From the NCBI GenBank assembly GCA_032015805.1, contig DALZRX010000001.1, positions 2,939 to 66,938 of the forward strand: a DNA stretch of 64,000 nt, written 5' to 3'. Of this stretch, positions 10,034 to 20,297 are shown piece by piece. The notes under the pieces are model-generated. The model saw only the letters and a list, made by a program, of their open reading frames with translations. It was not told where the DNA came from and ran no database searches. Origin of the DNA: Achromobacter sp. (GTDB lineage: Bacteria > Pseudomonadota > Gammaproteobacteria > Burkholderiales > Burkholderiaceae_B). The position numbers were made by a program, and so were the translations under genes. The stretch's first letter is position 1. Every line of letters starts with the position of its first letter.

Positions 10034-10999
10034 TCAGCAGCGGCCGAGGTTCAAGTCGGAGATCAGGTTGTTGAAGTTCTGACGCAGGCTGTTGCCGTCG
10101 TCTTCAATCGTGGGGCGAATCATCTTGAACGCGCCGGTGCGCGCCGCATCTTCCTTGTAGCGGCCATTGTTGGTGTGCTCCAGGATCTTGCGGCCGGAGG
10201 CCAGGAAGCCGTTGACGTTCATCATCATGCCGGTGCAGCCCTTGGGATCGGCTTCCCGCGTCTTCTTGTCAAAGCCCAGCGCCATTTCATTCATCTTGTC
10301 CAGTTGCTGCTTGAACGCTTCCTGGTCGGCGCCCAGGCCCTTGCCCTCGAACACGCCCGACGCCTTATCCATTGTGGCTTTGCCGTAATAGACCATGCCG
10401 GCGCGGTAGTAGGCGACCGTGTCCTTCTTGGCCTTCTCGAACGCTTCCTTGGTGTTGGCCGTGTCCTTGATGGAGATGCCGCGATAGAAACCGTTTTCCG
10501 CCTTCACGACGTCCGTCAGTGCCGCCACGTAGGCGGGGCTTTTCTCCCGCGCCAGCGCGCCGTTGTCGGACAGGAAGGTCTTGGCGGCCGAATAGTTCTG
10601 CAGTTCGTTGCTCAACGGCGCCAGTTTGCCCAGCGCATCCGAGAACTCCTTGGCCGGTGCGTCGATCTCGGCGATAGGCGTGCTCATCGCCAGCGCGCGG
10701 TCGAGTTTCTCTTTGGTGCGCAGGATCGTCGAGTCGTTGCTGATGACGAAATCCTTGAGCGGCTTGTTGCTCTTGAGCGCCGGGATGGCATATGTCTCGT
10801 AGCGATCCAGCGCCTGCTCGAAGGTTGTAGAGATGCTGTTGGCGGTCTCCACGTACTGGTTGTACTTGATGATCTCGGCCTGAGCGGTGGTCGGCTCGGG
10901 CGCCTTCGCTTCCTTATTGGCGCTATCGTCTCCGCACGCGGCAAGCGCCAGCGTGACGGCCAGAATTGCGGACATGCGCAAGGGGCGCGGCATATACAT
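10034..10999 (-). CDS. Lipoprotein, YiiG/DUF3829-like
   Basis: Lipobox LALAAC; KYNQYV..AN, NYSAAKTFLSDN helical motifs. Confidence 0.7.
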   Translation of the reverse strand: MYMPRPLRMSAILAVTLALAACGDDSANKEAKAPEPTTAQAEIIKYNQYVETANSISTTFEQALDRYETYAIPALKSNKPLKDFVISNDSTILRTKEKLDRALAMSTPIAEIDAPAKEFSDALGKLAPLSNELQNYSAAKTFLSDNGALAREKSPAYVAALTDVVKAENGFYRGISIKDTANTKEAFEKAKKDTVAYYRAGMVYYGKATMDKASGVFEGKGLGADQEAFKQQLDKMNEMALGFDKKTREADPKGCTGMMMNVNGFLASGRKILEHTNNGRYKEDAARTGAFKMIRPTIEDDGNSLRQNFNNLISDLNLGRC

Positions 11000-11130
11000 C
11001 TTTGTTCCTGTTGCGGGTTGAAATGAAGGGGACGGATGATATTCCCTTCATTTCGTTAACACGCTACAAAGTCATGCAGTCCTGTCACAAGAGTTTTCAA
11101 TCCTCTCTCTTGTGATACAGCACCAGATGT

Positions 11131-14100
11131 TCAGAACCGGTAGCGAACATCGAGCGTGCCGGTGTTCTGCCGGTTGCCATCGCCGAATTGTCCGCCGTAG
11201 CTGACGCCCACTGTGGTGCGTTTGCTGACGTCGATACCCACACCCACTTCCACCACCGCCGCGTCGCGGGCGAGGGGCGCTCCAGTCGCCGTGAACGTAT
11301 CGCCCCCCTGGGCAAAGGCCAGCACGCTAGCCGGATTCAGGTCGCCGAAGGCATGGCGCCAACCCAGCGTGCCGCGCGCGTAGCCGCGTGCGCCCGCGCT
11401 ATCGAACGTGGTCAGCGCGTGCAGGCCCAAGGTGGTGGTGGTGACGTCGTTGCGGTTGCTTTGGCCGCGCAGCGCCGCGTCGCCACCTGATTCAGAGAAG
11501 CCGCGCGTGCGTAGATCGCTGTAATTCGCCGCCACGAAGGGCTCCAGCGTCAGCCGGTCATGCACGGGCATCGCGTAGCCCAATTCGGTGAAGAACTGGC
11601 CCGTGCTGGCGCCGTAGCTGGCCTTGAGCGTCTGGTTCAAGCCGGCGGCGGCGGTGCTGCGGCGTGTGTCCACCTCGTGCCAGGTGTAGGCTGCGCCCAA
11701 GCTGAAATTGATCTTGCCCGCGCCGGCCTGGAAGGCCTTGCCGCCATAGACCGCGATGCTGTAGCTGTCGGTGTCCGCGCTGGACGCGCGGTCGCGGGTG
11801 CGGCTGTCGCTGTTGGCGTAGCCGACGGCGCCACCCAGGCGCCAGCCGCCACCCACGGCCGCGTCGCCACCGATGGTCACGCCGGAATCCGACTGCGTGG
11901 TTTCGGCCGCGTTGCCGTCACCGTCCAGGCTGGTCCATTTGCCGAACACCTGCGCCCACAGCGGTTGCGCGGCGGATTGCGGTAGCGATGCGGCGTCGCC
12001 CAGTCCCAACTGCGCGGTGGGCGCGCCGGGGAGTTGCCCGGCGCCGAGGTTGGCGTGCAACCGCGTGATCGGCATCTGCGTGAACGCACCCGCCGCGTTT
12101 TGCAGCACCGACACGGTGCTGGCGTGGGCTTCACCGGACAGCGCGTTGAAGGCCTCGGGCGGCGCGCCGTTGGGCAGGTTGAGAATGTGCTGGTAAAGCG
12201 CACTGTTGGCGGGCAAGCTTTGCAGCGCACGGGCCACGCCGCGTTGATTGCCGGTGACGGCGGCATCGGCGAATTCGATCGGGCGTGTGCCGCCGTTGCC
12301 GTTGTCGCCACCGCCCTCGGACGGGACTTCCTTCAGCGCCACCACCAGGTCTACGCGATTCGCGTCGTAGGACAGCGACGGCGTCAGGAAGGCGAGGTTG
12401 CTGGAGACGGTGTCAAAGCGCCCCTGCACGCCGCGGTCGGCGGCAAGAATCGTGTAGGTGGTTGACGGCGCGTAATTGCCGTTCTCGCCCACCTGCACCA
12501 CCGTGCCGTTCAGCGTTGCCGTGCCCGCCACCCGCACGCTGCTGTTCTGGCCGTTGGCAGCGGTAGCGACGCGGTAGGTTGCGCCCGGGTTGAAGGTCAG
12601 GTCGCCGGATAGGCTCATGCTGCCCAGCGAGTTGACCGCGTTGCCGGGCGACAGCGTTGCGCCCGATCCGATCGTGACGCTGTTCAAGGTGCCGGTGCCC
12701 GACAGTGTGGTGCCAGCGGCGGCCAGTACGCGGCCGCCCAGCGCGCCGTCCACCTGCAACGCGCCCTGGGACAATTGCAGGGTGCCGGTGTAGGCGCTGC
12801 TGTCGCCCGTCATGGCCAGCGTGCCCGCGCCCAGCTTGCTGGTCGCACCCGAGCCCGACAGCGCGCCGGTATAGTCCTTGTCGTCAGATCGGTTGAACAC
12901 CAGGGTGCCCTGGTTGACGATGTTGCCGGTGACCCAGCCGGTGACGCCGCCGTCGCCCACTTGCAGGGTGCCGGCGTCGACATAGGCGCCACCTGCGAGG
13001 GAGTTCTGTCCGGTCAGCACCAGCGTTCCCGTGCCGGCCTGGCGCAACTGGCCCGCGCCTGTCATGTCGCCGTTGAACGCCACGCGATCGCTGCGTTTGA
13101 AAACGAACCTCGCGCCACTGTCCACCGTCACGTCGCCGGCGATGCTGCCCGATACGGCGCCGTCGCCCACTTGCAGGGTGCCCGCGTGCACCGAGGTGCC
13201 GCCGACGTAGGTGTTGTCGCCACCGAGCACCAGCGTGCCTTGGCCCAGTTTGGCCAGGCTGCCCGCGCCGCTCAGCGCCTGGTTCACCGTAAAGGTGTTG
13301 GCCGCGTCTGCGATATCGAATCCGCCGCCCGCCCCGCCCAGCGTGACGGCGCGCGCGGTGTTCGTAAAGGCGGTGCCCATTACGCGTAGCGTGCCGCCCT
13401 GAAAGTCCAGGCCGGCCGTGGACGCGCCCAGGTTGGCGTCGCTGGATACCGCCAGCGCGCCCGCCGTCAATTGCGTGTTCTGCGTGTAGGTGTTGGCGCC
13501 GTTCAACACCAAGGTGCCCAAGCCCGTCTTGTTGATGCCGACGCCGGTCAAGGTGTTGTCGAGAGTGGCCACCCACGCCGCCGATGCCGCGCTGCCATCG
13601 CCGACACGGATTTCGCCCAGCGCCCCTGGCGTGGTTCCCGTCAGCGCCAGGGAAGAACCGTTCAACCGATAGCCATCGCTGGCGAACTGGACGCCCTGGG
13701 CGCTGATGGCGCCTGCCGAGTCGTCCACCGTCACCGTGCCCGCAGCGCCGGCGAAGATGGTGAAGGCATCGGTGGGCAGGCGCGGTCCCGTCACGCTACC
13801 GGTGGCGTCGGTCCAATTTGCGTTGAAGCGCGACCAGACGCCCGAGCCGCCGCCTTGCTGCGTCGGGCTGGCCAGCCCGTTCGCGTTCCAGAAATTCAGC
13901 GTCAATCCCGCGCTATTGACCAGGTTGATCTGCCTGGAGGCGCTTATGATCTGCACGGTCATGCCCGCGGGGGCAATCAGGCCGCCGTTGCCCAGTATTG
14001 CGCGCTGGTACTCGAACAGGCGAAACAGCCCGTAACCGGGGCCGCCTGCGTTCTGTACCGTTATCTGCGTGCCGTTCAGTACCAGATCACCGTTGACGAT

Positions 14101-16482
14101 GATGCTATGGCTGACGCCCGGCGCGCCCAGGCTGAATTCCGCCTGCGACCCCTGCGCCATCGACAGGTCACCGTTGACCGTGAAGTCGCCGCCGGGGGCG
14201 CCAGGGGCCAGGCGGCCGCCGGTGTTCACTATCACGCTGCCATTAACCTGCCCGAATCCACCCAGCGTGCCGGTGTCGCGCACGGTGATGTTGCCGTTGA
14301 CGGCAGCGGCGCTATTGGCGGCGGCGGCGCCGACCATCAGCGTGCCGCCGTTGATCACCGTGTCGCCGGTATAAGTGTTGGCGCCATTCAGGCTCAGGGT
14401 TGCGGGCCCGATCTTGATGAGGCCGCCCGAGCCTTCGACCACGCCCGCGTAGGAACCGGCCCCCAGGGTCAAGTCGGCGCCCACCTGGACTGAGCCGCCG
14501 TTGCCGTTCAATGAGGCCAGTTGCTGGCTTGCCGCCGAGACCAGGTCCAGGATGGCGCCGGTGTTGACGGTGACGGCGGAGCTCGGGGCCAGGCTGCCGC
14601 CGGGCCCCAATGCCAGCCTGCCGCCGTTGACGGTGACACCGCCGTCAATCACGTTCGCACCGCCCAAGGTCTGTCTTCCCGACCCATCTTTGACGAGAGA
14701 GCCCGAGCCCGAGATCACGCCGCTGAATGTGGCGCTGTCGGCGCTGTCCAAGGTAAGCGTCCCCGCGCCCAGTTGCACCGATGCTCCGGACCCCGCGAGC
14801 GTGGCCAGCGTCTGATTGCCGCCGTTGGTCAGGTTCAGCGTGGCGCCGGGGGTAAGGTTGATGGCGCTGCTGCGGGCCAGGCTGGCGCCAGCGCCCAACG
14901 CCAAGGTGCCGGCCATCACGGTCGTTGCGCCGGTATACGTATTTGCGCCCATGAGCGTGAGCGTGCCCGCGCCTTGCTTGGTCAGCGTGCCGCCACCCGA
15001 CAGCACGCCGGAATAGGTTCCCGACGTGGCCTGCTCAAACGTCAGCGCGCCATCGTTGGCGATGTTGCCTTGCAGGTTGCGCGTGTCGCCCCTCAGGCTG
15101 GCCGAGGCGCCGATCGTGGTGCCGCCGGAGTAGCTGCTGACGCCGCTCAAGGTAACGGAATTGGCGCCGTCCACATTCAGCAGGCCGACGCCGGACAGGT
15201 TGCCCGCCAGCGTTACGTCCTGCGCGTGGGTAATGCGAAGGTTGCCGGCGCCGAGCACGATATTGTTGTCCAGCGTCTCGCCGGCCGCATCGATGGCGAT
15301 CGCCCCCCCGTTGGCCACGATCTGGGCTGTGCCCAGCACGTTTTTGTCGGCAAGAACGGCTGTGCCGCCGTTCAGTTCCGCGATGCCTCCATTGCCCAGC
15401 AGCGTGCCGGTCAGGCCCCAATAGCCGCTGTTGACGCGCAGCTTGTCGAAGTTGATGTAGGTGTTGCCCGACGCGTTCCCCAAGCCGCCGGAGCCGCTAC
15501 CGGTGCCGGCGGAGGGCAGAACGTTTTGCAGCACCAGCGTGTCGCCTGCGCCCGTGCCGCCGTCGATCGTGCCGGGGGGCGCAAAGCTCAGGCCAGGCGT
15601 GTTGGCTACGGGCCAGTCGGACACCTCGGTCCCGCCGCCACGGCTTACCGTCGAGCCGGTCACGGCGGTGAATGTGTTGTTGCCGCCCTGGCCCAGCGAC
15701 ACACCGCCAACGATGACGCCCGCGTTGACGAAACTATGGCCAGGGCCCGGCGTGCCCGAAGCCTGCAAGCCGACCCGGCCGACGATGGTGCCTTGATTGA
15801 CGAAGTCCACCTGGGCACCGCCGTACGCGGCTACCACCGGCATATCCGCCGACGCCATCGTCAATCCAGTTCGGGGCATGCTTTGAATCATGCCGGCGTT
15901 CGACAGCGTGCTCACCCCGCCGGGCCCGTTTTGCACCGCCAGCGCCATGCCGGTCACGGCGGGCAGGGGGGCGGTTGGATCCGACACGCCGCGCAGCATG
16001 CCCGAAGCCCTGTTGGTGACGTGGACTGTGCTTCCCATGCCGTTGCCCACCACCAGCCCCGACGACGCGCCGGTCGAGGCGCCACTGAGGCCGGCGTCGA
16101 TCCGGCCCTCGTTGTCCACGGTGATATTGGCGCCGTTCAGTTGCATCGCCGCCCCGCCGACCGCAGGGTTGAATCCCACGGTGGCGCTAGCGCTCACGGT
16201 CACGGTCAATGCGTTGGCATCGCTGAAAAAGTTTGGCGCGCCGGGGTCAGCCGAACCTGCACACGTTACGATCCATCCGGCCTGTGTGCACGCCGCCTGC
16301 ACCGACGCGCTGACGCCGGTCAGCGCAAACGCGATCGCCAGCCCGGCCCCGTAGCCGGTAGTGCGCGCCGCGATCCCAGTTATTGCCGATGCACGGCCGC
16401 CCCGCGATTGCGATGCGAGTTCGGACGCTGCCTGCCAAACGCGCAGTTTTCGGTTCCACACCAATCGGTAAATGTGATTCAA
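11131..16482 (-). CDS. Large type Va autotransporter adhesin with ESPR signal and passenger-associated repeats
   Basis: ESPR NHIYRLVWN..WQAASE (TTG start 16482 with GGAGA RBS); many LTKxGxGTLxLxGxNTYxGxT repeats; C-terminal beta-barrel ending YRF. Confidence 0.95.
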   Translation of the reverse strand: MNHIYRLVWNRKLRVWQAASELASQSRGGRASAITGIAARTTGYGAGLAIAFALTGVSASVQAACTQAGWIVTCAGSADPGAPNFFSDANALTVTVSASATVGFNPAVGGAAMQLNGANITVDNEGRIDAGLSGASTGASSGLVVGNGMGSTVHVTNRASGMLRGVSDPTAPLPAVTGMALAVQNGPGGVSTLSNAGMIQSMPRTGLTMASADMPVVAAYGGAQVDFVNQGTIVGRVGLQASGTPGPGHSFVNAGVIVGGVSLGQGGNNTFTAVTGSTVSRGGGTEVSDWPVANTPGLSFAPPGTIDGGTGAGDTLVLQNVLPSAGTGSGSGGLGNASGNTYINFDKLRVNSGYWGLTGTLLGNGGIAELNGGTAVLADKNVLGTAQIVANGGAIAIDAAGETLDNNIVLGAGNLRITHAQDVTLAGNLSGVGLLNVDGANSVTLSGVSSYSGGTTIGASASLRGDTRNLQGNIANDGALTFEQATSGTYSGVLSGGGTLTKQGAGTLTLMGANTYTGATTVMAGTLALGAGASLARSSAINLTPGATLNLTNGGNQTLATLAGSGASVQLGAGTLTLDSADSATFSGVISGSGSLVKDGSGRQTLGGANVIDGGVTVNGGRLALGPGGSLAPSSAVTVNTGAILDLVSAASQQLASLNGNGGSVQVGADLTLGAGSYAGVVEGSGGLIKIGPATLSLNGANTYTGDTVINGGTLMVGAAAANSAAAVNGNITVRDTGTLGGFGQVNGSVIVNTGGRLAPGAPGGDFTVNGDLSMAQGSQAEFSLGAPGVSHSIIVNGDLVLNGTQITVQNAGGPGYGLFRLFEYQRAILGNGGLIAPAGMTVQIISASRQINLVNSAGLTLNFWNANGLASPTQQGGGSGVWSRFNANWTDATGSVTGPRLPTDAFTIFAGAAGTVTVDDSAGAISAQGVQFASDGYRLNGSSLALTGTTPGALGEIRVGDGSAASAAWVATLDNTLTGVGINKTGLGTLVLNGANTYTQNTQLTAGALAVSSDANLGASTAGLDFQGGTLRVMGTAFTNTARAVTLGGAGGGFDIADAANTFTVNQALSGAGSLAKLGQGTLVLGGDNTYVGGTSVHAGTLQVGDGAVSGSIAGDVTVDSGARFVFKRSDRVAFNGDMTGAGQLRQAGTGTLVLTGQNSLAGGAYVDAGTLQVGDGGVTGWVTGNIVNQGTLVFNRSDDKDYTGALSGSGATSKLGAGTLAMTGDSSAYTGTLQLSQGALQVDGALGGRVLAAAGTTLSGTGTLNSVTIGSGATLSPGNAVNSLGSMSLSGDLTFNPGATYRVATAANGQNSSVRVAGTATLNGTVVQVGENGNYAPSTTYTILAADRGVQGRFDTVSSNLAFLTPSLSYDANRVDLVVALKEVPSEGGGDNGNGGTRPIEFADAAVTGNQRGVARALQSLPANSALYQHILNLPNGAPPEAFNALSGEAHASTVSVLQNAAGAFTQMPITRLHANLGAGQLPGAPTAQLGLGDAASLPQSAAQPLWAQVFGKWTSLDGDGNAAETTQSDSGVTIGGDAAVGGGWRLGGAVGYANSDSRTRDRASSADTDSYSIAVYGGKAFQAGAGKINFSLGAAYTWHEVDTRRSTAAAGLNQTLKASYGASTGQFFTELGYAMPVHDRLTLEPFVAANYSDLRTRGFSESGGDAALRGQSNRNDVTTTTLGLHALTTFDSAGARGYARGTLGWRHAFGDLNPASVLAFAQGGDTFTATGAPLARDAAVVEVGVGIDVSKRTTVGVSYGGQFGDGNRQNTGTLDVRYRF

Positions 16483-16780
16483 AACGCGGTTCTCCGGGGC
16501 TCTACGGGCGTGCATTCCTAAAAGCGCGACCGCGATTTTCGGGCGCGCGCGCGTCACGAGCCGATGGCCCTGCGCGCATGCTGGGAATGAGCTGATATGG
16601 GGGGATGAATTGCGGGTCCATTAATACTCGATGTTCTCGTCTGCCAAAGAGCCGAAGTAGGGGCGTTTTAATGGTCTGTTCATGGTCATGCGCCGCATCG
16701 TCAGGCGGGATGGCGCGTGCCGGCGCGCGCGCGGAAATTCACGATGAGTCCCGGCGCGTCTGCGGGGATAATGTTTTTTT

Positions 16781-18739
16781 TTGAAAGCTCGCCGTGGAGC
16801 AGATCGTTTGGGCCCGACTCCCCCTCCCGAAGACGCCTCGCTCACCGTGGCCGCTGCGCTGGGCCAGGCGTATGCGCATTGGCAAGCTGGCCAGGCCGCG
16901 CCCGCCGAGCAGCTTTGCCTGCGCGTGCTGGGCGCGGTGCGGGACCAGCCCGATGCGCGCCATCTTCTGGGACTTATCGCCCATGCCTATGGCCGCGCGG
17001 ACCTCGCGGTAGAGCATCTGCGGGCCGCTTGCCGGTCGCCGCTGTCGCCAGGCGAGTACCACAGCAACATGGCCGAAATATGCCGTCAGCAAGGTCTGCT
17101 GGCGGAAGCGGAAAGCGCGGCGCGGCGCGCGGTGGCGCTGGAGCCCGACCGGGCCGAAGGTTGGAACAACCTGGGCATCGTCTTGCAAGAACGAGGGCAA
17201 TTGGCGGCCAGCTTGGAATGCCTGCAACGGGTGGCTGCGCTGATGCCCGACAGCCCGCAGGCGCAAAATAACCTGGGCAATACCTGCAAGCGGCTGGGCA
17301 AAAACGCGCAGGCGCTCAAGCACTACGGCCGCGCGCTGGCGTTGGACCCGGGTTATGCGCAGGCGCTCGGTAACCTGGCGGTGGCGTTGCATGACGAAGG
17401 CCGCCACGATGAAGCGCTGGCTGCAATCCGCCGCGCCATTGAGATCGACCCTTTGATTCCGGAGGCGCATCTGCATCTGGAGCGCATTGAAGGGGGGCGA
17501 CCGGCTAGCGAAGCGCATGGCGCACTTGCTGCGCGCGGATCGCCAGGCGAAGAGGCTGCGGCTGCGCGAGCCGTCCCAGCGGGCACCCAGGGAGCGACAC
17601 CCGAAGCGGCGCCGCACACCGCGCAGGCGCTGCTGCTTGCCGGCCGCTACGCCGATGCCGAAGCGCTGCTGCGACAGGCGCTGGCGAAGGAATCTGGCAA
17701 CCTCAACCTGTGGCGTCTACTGGCGCAAGCCATCCGGCCGATGGGGCATACGGACGAAGCCCGCGTGATCCTGGAACGCGTCGTCCGCGCCACGCCGACC
17801 GACGCCAGCGCGCGTTTCGATCTGGCCGAGCTGCTGTTGCTGCAAGGAGACTATGACGCGGGCTGGCGCGAGTACCGTTTTCGCTATCGCTTACCGCACA
17901 CGGCGATGCGAAGCCGTCACGTGCAGAAACCGCGTTGGGATGGACGGCCGATCGTGGGAAAAACCTTGCTGATCCATGACGAGCAAGGGTATGGCGATAC
18001 CTTCCAGTTCTTGCGGTTGGTGGCGTGGGCGCGCCAGCGCAGCGGCGCGCGCGTCATCCTCGAAGTCAACGCGCACTGTCACGCCCTGGCCGAGCGCAGT
18101 GGCGGCTTTGACCAGATCGTCCGCGCGGGCGATATACCGCCCGCGTTCGACATGCATTGCGAGCTGATGAGCTTGCCGCGGGCACTAGGCCTGCGCCTGG
18201 CAGACCTGCCGGTCAGCACCGCCTACCTGCGCGCGGATCCCCTGCGGTTGGCGCGATGGCGCGCGCGGCTGGCGACGTTGCCGCGGCCGAGGGTCGGGCT
18301 GGTGTGGGCAGGGCAACCCAGCCACCCCAACGATGCGCAGCGCTCGTTGGCATTAGCCGACCTGGCGCCGTTGGCCCATCCCGGCATCACCTTCGTCAGC
18401 CTGCAAAAAGGCGCGGCGGCCGCGCAGGCCGACACGCCGCCTCTCGGCATGGAGATGATATCGATCAGCCAGGACATAAATGACTTCGACGACACCGCGG
18501 CCGTCATCTCATTGCTTGACGTCCTGGTGTCGGTGGATTCGTCGCCCGCTCATCTGGCCGGTGCGCTTGGCTGCCCGGTATGGGTGATGCTGCCGTTCGT
18601 GCCGGATTGGCGTTGGTTGCAGGACCGCTCGGATACGCCGTGGTATCCGTCGATGCGGCTGTTTCGCCAACCGGGCCCAGGCGCCTGGGGACCGGTGCTG
18701 GATGACGTGGCCGCTGCGCTACGCCGGCTGCCGGCTTAA
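16781..18739 (+). CDS. TPR-repeat protein with C-terminal GT-B glycosyltransferase domain
   Basis: TPRs (WNNLG, QNNLG, LGNLA); EQGYGDTFQF, VGLVWAG, SVDSSPAHLAGALG, PDWRW, PWYPSMRLFRQ; start could be TTG 16808 (GGAG RBS). Confidence 0.88.
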   Translation: MKARRGADRLGPTPPPEDASLTVAAALGQAYAHWQAGQAAPAEQLCLRVLGAVRDQPDARHLLGLIAHAYGRADLAVEHLRAACRSPLSPGEYHSNMAEICRQQGLLAEAESAARRAVALEPDRAEGWNNLGIVLQERGQLAASLECLQRVAALMPDSPQAQNNLGNTCKRLGKNAQALKHYGRALALDPGYAQALGNLAVALHDEGRHDEALAAIRRAIEIDPLIPEAHLHLERIEGGRPASEAHGALAARGSPGEEAAAARAVPAGTQGATPEAAPHTAQALLLAGRYADAEALLRQALAKESGNLNLWRLLAQAIRPMGHTDEARVILERVVRATPTDASARFDLAELLLLQGDYDAGWREYRFRYRLPHTAMRSRHVQKPRWDGRPIVGKTLLIHDEQGYGDTFQFLRLVAWARQRSGARVILEVNAHCHALAERSGGFDQIVRAGDIPPAFDMHCELMSLPRALGLRLADLPVSTAYLRADPLRLARWRARLATLPRPRVGLVWAGQPSHPNDAQRSLALADLAPLAHPGITFVSLQKGAAAAQADTPPLGMEMISISQDINDFDDTAAVISLLDVLVSVDSSPAHLAGALGCPVWVMLPFVPDWRWLQDRSDTPWYPSMRLFRQPGPGAWGPVLDDVAAALRRLPA

Positions 18740-18779
18740 GCCAGCCGTGACGACGAAGTCGGTTCTCGTAGTCGACGCA

Positions 18780-19007
18780 CTTGTTCAATGGAAGACGGTC
18801 CATGTGTGTGCCGAACGGCGGCGGCTGGGACTGCCAAACGATGCCGTTCAATTGAATATGGCCTGCGACTTGCCCTCAAGCGCGCTGGGAGTCCAACTGC
18901 TCGTGCAATACCTACGAGATCGGTCCGAAGTCGCCAGCACCAACGTCTACAGCAACTACTACGGCGCCCCGTTCAGCGCCATGCTGGGTGTGAACTATAA
19001 GTACTGA
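18780..19007 (+). pseudogene. Mosaic relic ending in a TonB-dependent receptor C-terminus
   Basis: Ends NYYGAPFSAMLGVNYKY-stop, typical last beta-strand; no N-terminal part. Confidence 0.5.
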
Positions 19008-19236
19008 CCCATTTGCCCGGCTGGTGCCGAGGGGGAGCGTGGCAGGAAGGGTCGGGATCGATACTTGCGGGAAAATTGGCGAGCCTGAGCCGCCGGATTT
19101 GCCAGGGTAGCCTCTTGACGATGCTCGCTCCTTCCCGGGCGAGGATCAAGCGGAATACGCGTAGGAACTGGAGAAGAAACAGCGAGGGAAGAATCAGGCC
19201 GGCGCTCTCAACCGTCACTATCCGGAGAATTGACAC

Positions 19237-20097
19237 ATGTTCATCATCATGGGAGGCACGGGTCACGTTGGGGCGGCCACGGCGAGGGCGTTGTTGGCGC
19301 GCGGTGCGGCAGTAACCATCGTTACCCGCTCAGCGGCTCGCGCCGCGCACTGGCGTACGCTGGGCGCGGACATTGCGCAGGCCAACGTGAAAGATGTGGC
19401 GTCGTTACGCGCCGCGTTCCAGCGTGGGCAGCGTGCCTTTCTGCTGAATCCTCCGGCAGATACTCGCACGGATACTGACACCGTTGAGAGACATACCGTC
19501 GCCAACATACTCGCGGCGCTGCAGGGATGCGGGCTCGAAAAAGTGGTTGCGGAATCGACGGGCGGCGCCCGGCCGGGCAGCCGTATCGGCGATTTGAACG
19601 TGCTGTGGGAATTAGAAGAAGGACTACGTGTCCAGACGCTGCCGGCAGCCGTGAATCGTGCCGCCTACTACATGAGCAACTGGGACGGCCTGCTTGAATC
19701 GGTGCGCACCACTGGCGTGCTGCCCAGTCTTTTCCCGGCAGATCTCGCGATTCCGATGGTCGCGCCGGAAGACCTCGGCGAGGTGGCCGCCGCCCGCTTG
19801 ATGTCGACTCTGGACGATTGCGGCGTCCGCTACGTGGAGGGTCCGCGGCGCTATACGCCTGGCGACGTGGCGCGAGCGTTCGCGCAGACCCTGGACCGGC
19901 CCGTCGAGGTCCACGTCGTGCCGCGCGCTGAATGGCAGCGGGCATTCGTCAGCCAGGGCTTCTCCGAAGCCGCTGCGGAATCTTATGCCCGCATGACCGA
20001 GGTGTGCGTCGACAGCGGCTTTGACTTATCGGACACCCCGCTGCGGGGTTCGACCACGCTGGAGGCTTACATTCGCAGCCTGGTAGTCCAAGACTGA
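19237..20097 (+). CDS. NmrA-like NAD(P)-binding protein
   Basis: IMGGTGHVG, AFLLNPP, RAAYYMSN, PMVAPEDLG; GGAG RBS. Confidence 0.9.
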   Translation: MFIIMGGTGHVGAATARALLARGAAVTIVTRSAARAAHWRTLGADIAQANVKDVASLRAAFQRGQRAFLLNPPADTRTDTDTVERHTVANILAALQGCGLEKVVAESTGGARPGSRIGDLNVLWELEEGLRVQTLPAAVNRAAYYMSNWDGLLESVRTTGVLPSLFPADLAIPMVAPEDLGEVAAARLMSTLDDCGVRYVEGPRRYTPGDVARAFAQTLDRPVEVHVVPRAEWQRAFVSQGFSEAAAESYARMTEVCVDSGFDLSDTPLRGSTTLEAYIRSLVVQD

Positions 20098-20297
20098 GCC
20101 CCAGTGAGCAGGTCAGGACATTACATGCCCAACTCAATGAACTTGTTGGCCCGGAATCCCATGTTCATCGAACCACGCTGAGCAAAGTGGGTGAACCAAC
20201 TTCGCCAAGCATTTGATTTAAATGGAACTCGGCTTCGAAGTTAAAGGAGCCGCGACTGCCGCGTTTCGTTGCGTTCGGGATCGCCATCCGGCCGCGC

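Noticed and set aside
12700..15200. DNA-level repeats in the autotransporter
   Set aside because: Explained by protein passenger-associated repeats, not a separate element.
14521..16521. Long antisense ORFs (e.g. 14521-16521, 24442-26091, 60876-62273)
   Set aside because: Typical stop-poor shadow frames of GC-rich genes with no protein motifs.
19041..19060. Possible extra copy of the 24-bp motif (GGCAGGAAGGGTCG)
   Set aside because: Spacing is off and there is no complementary right arm; too weak to count.
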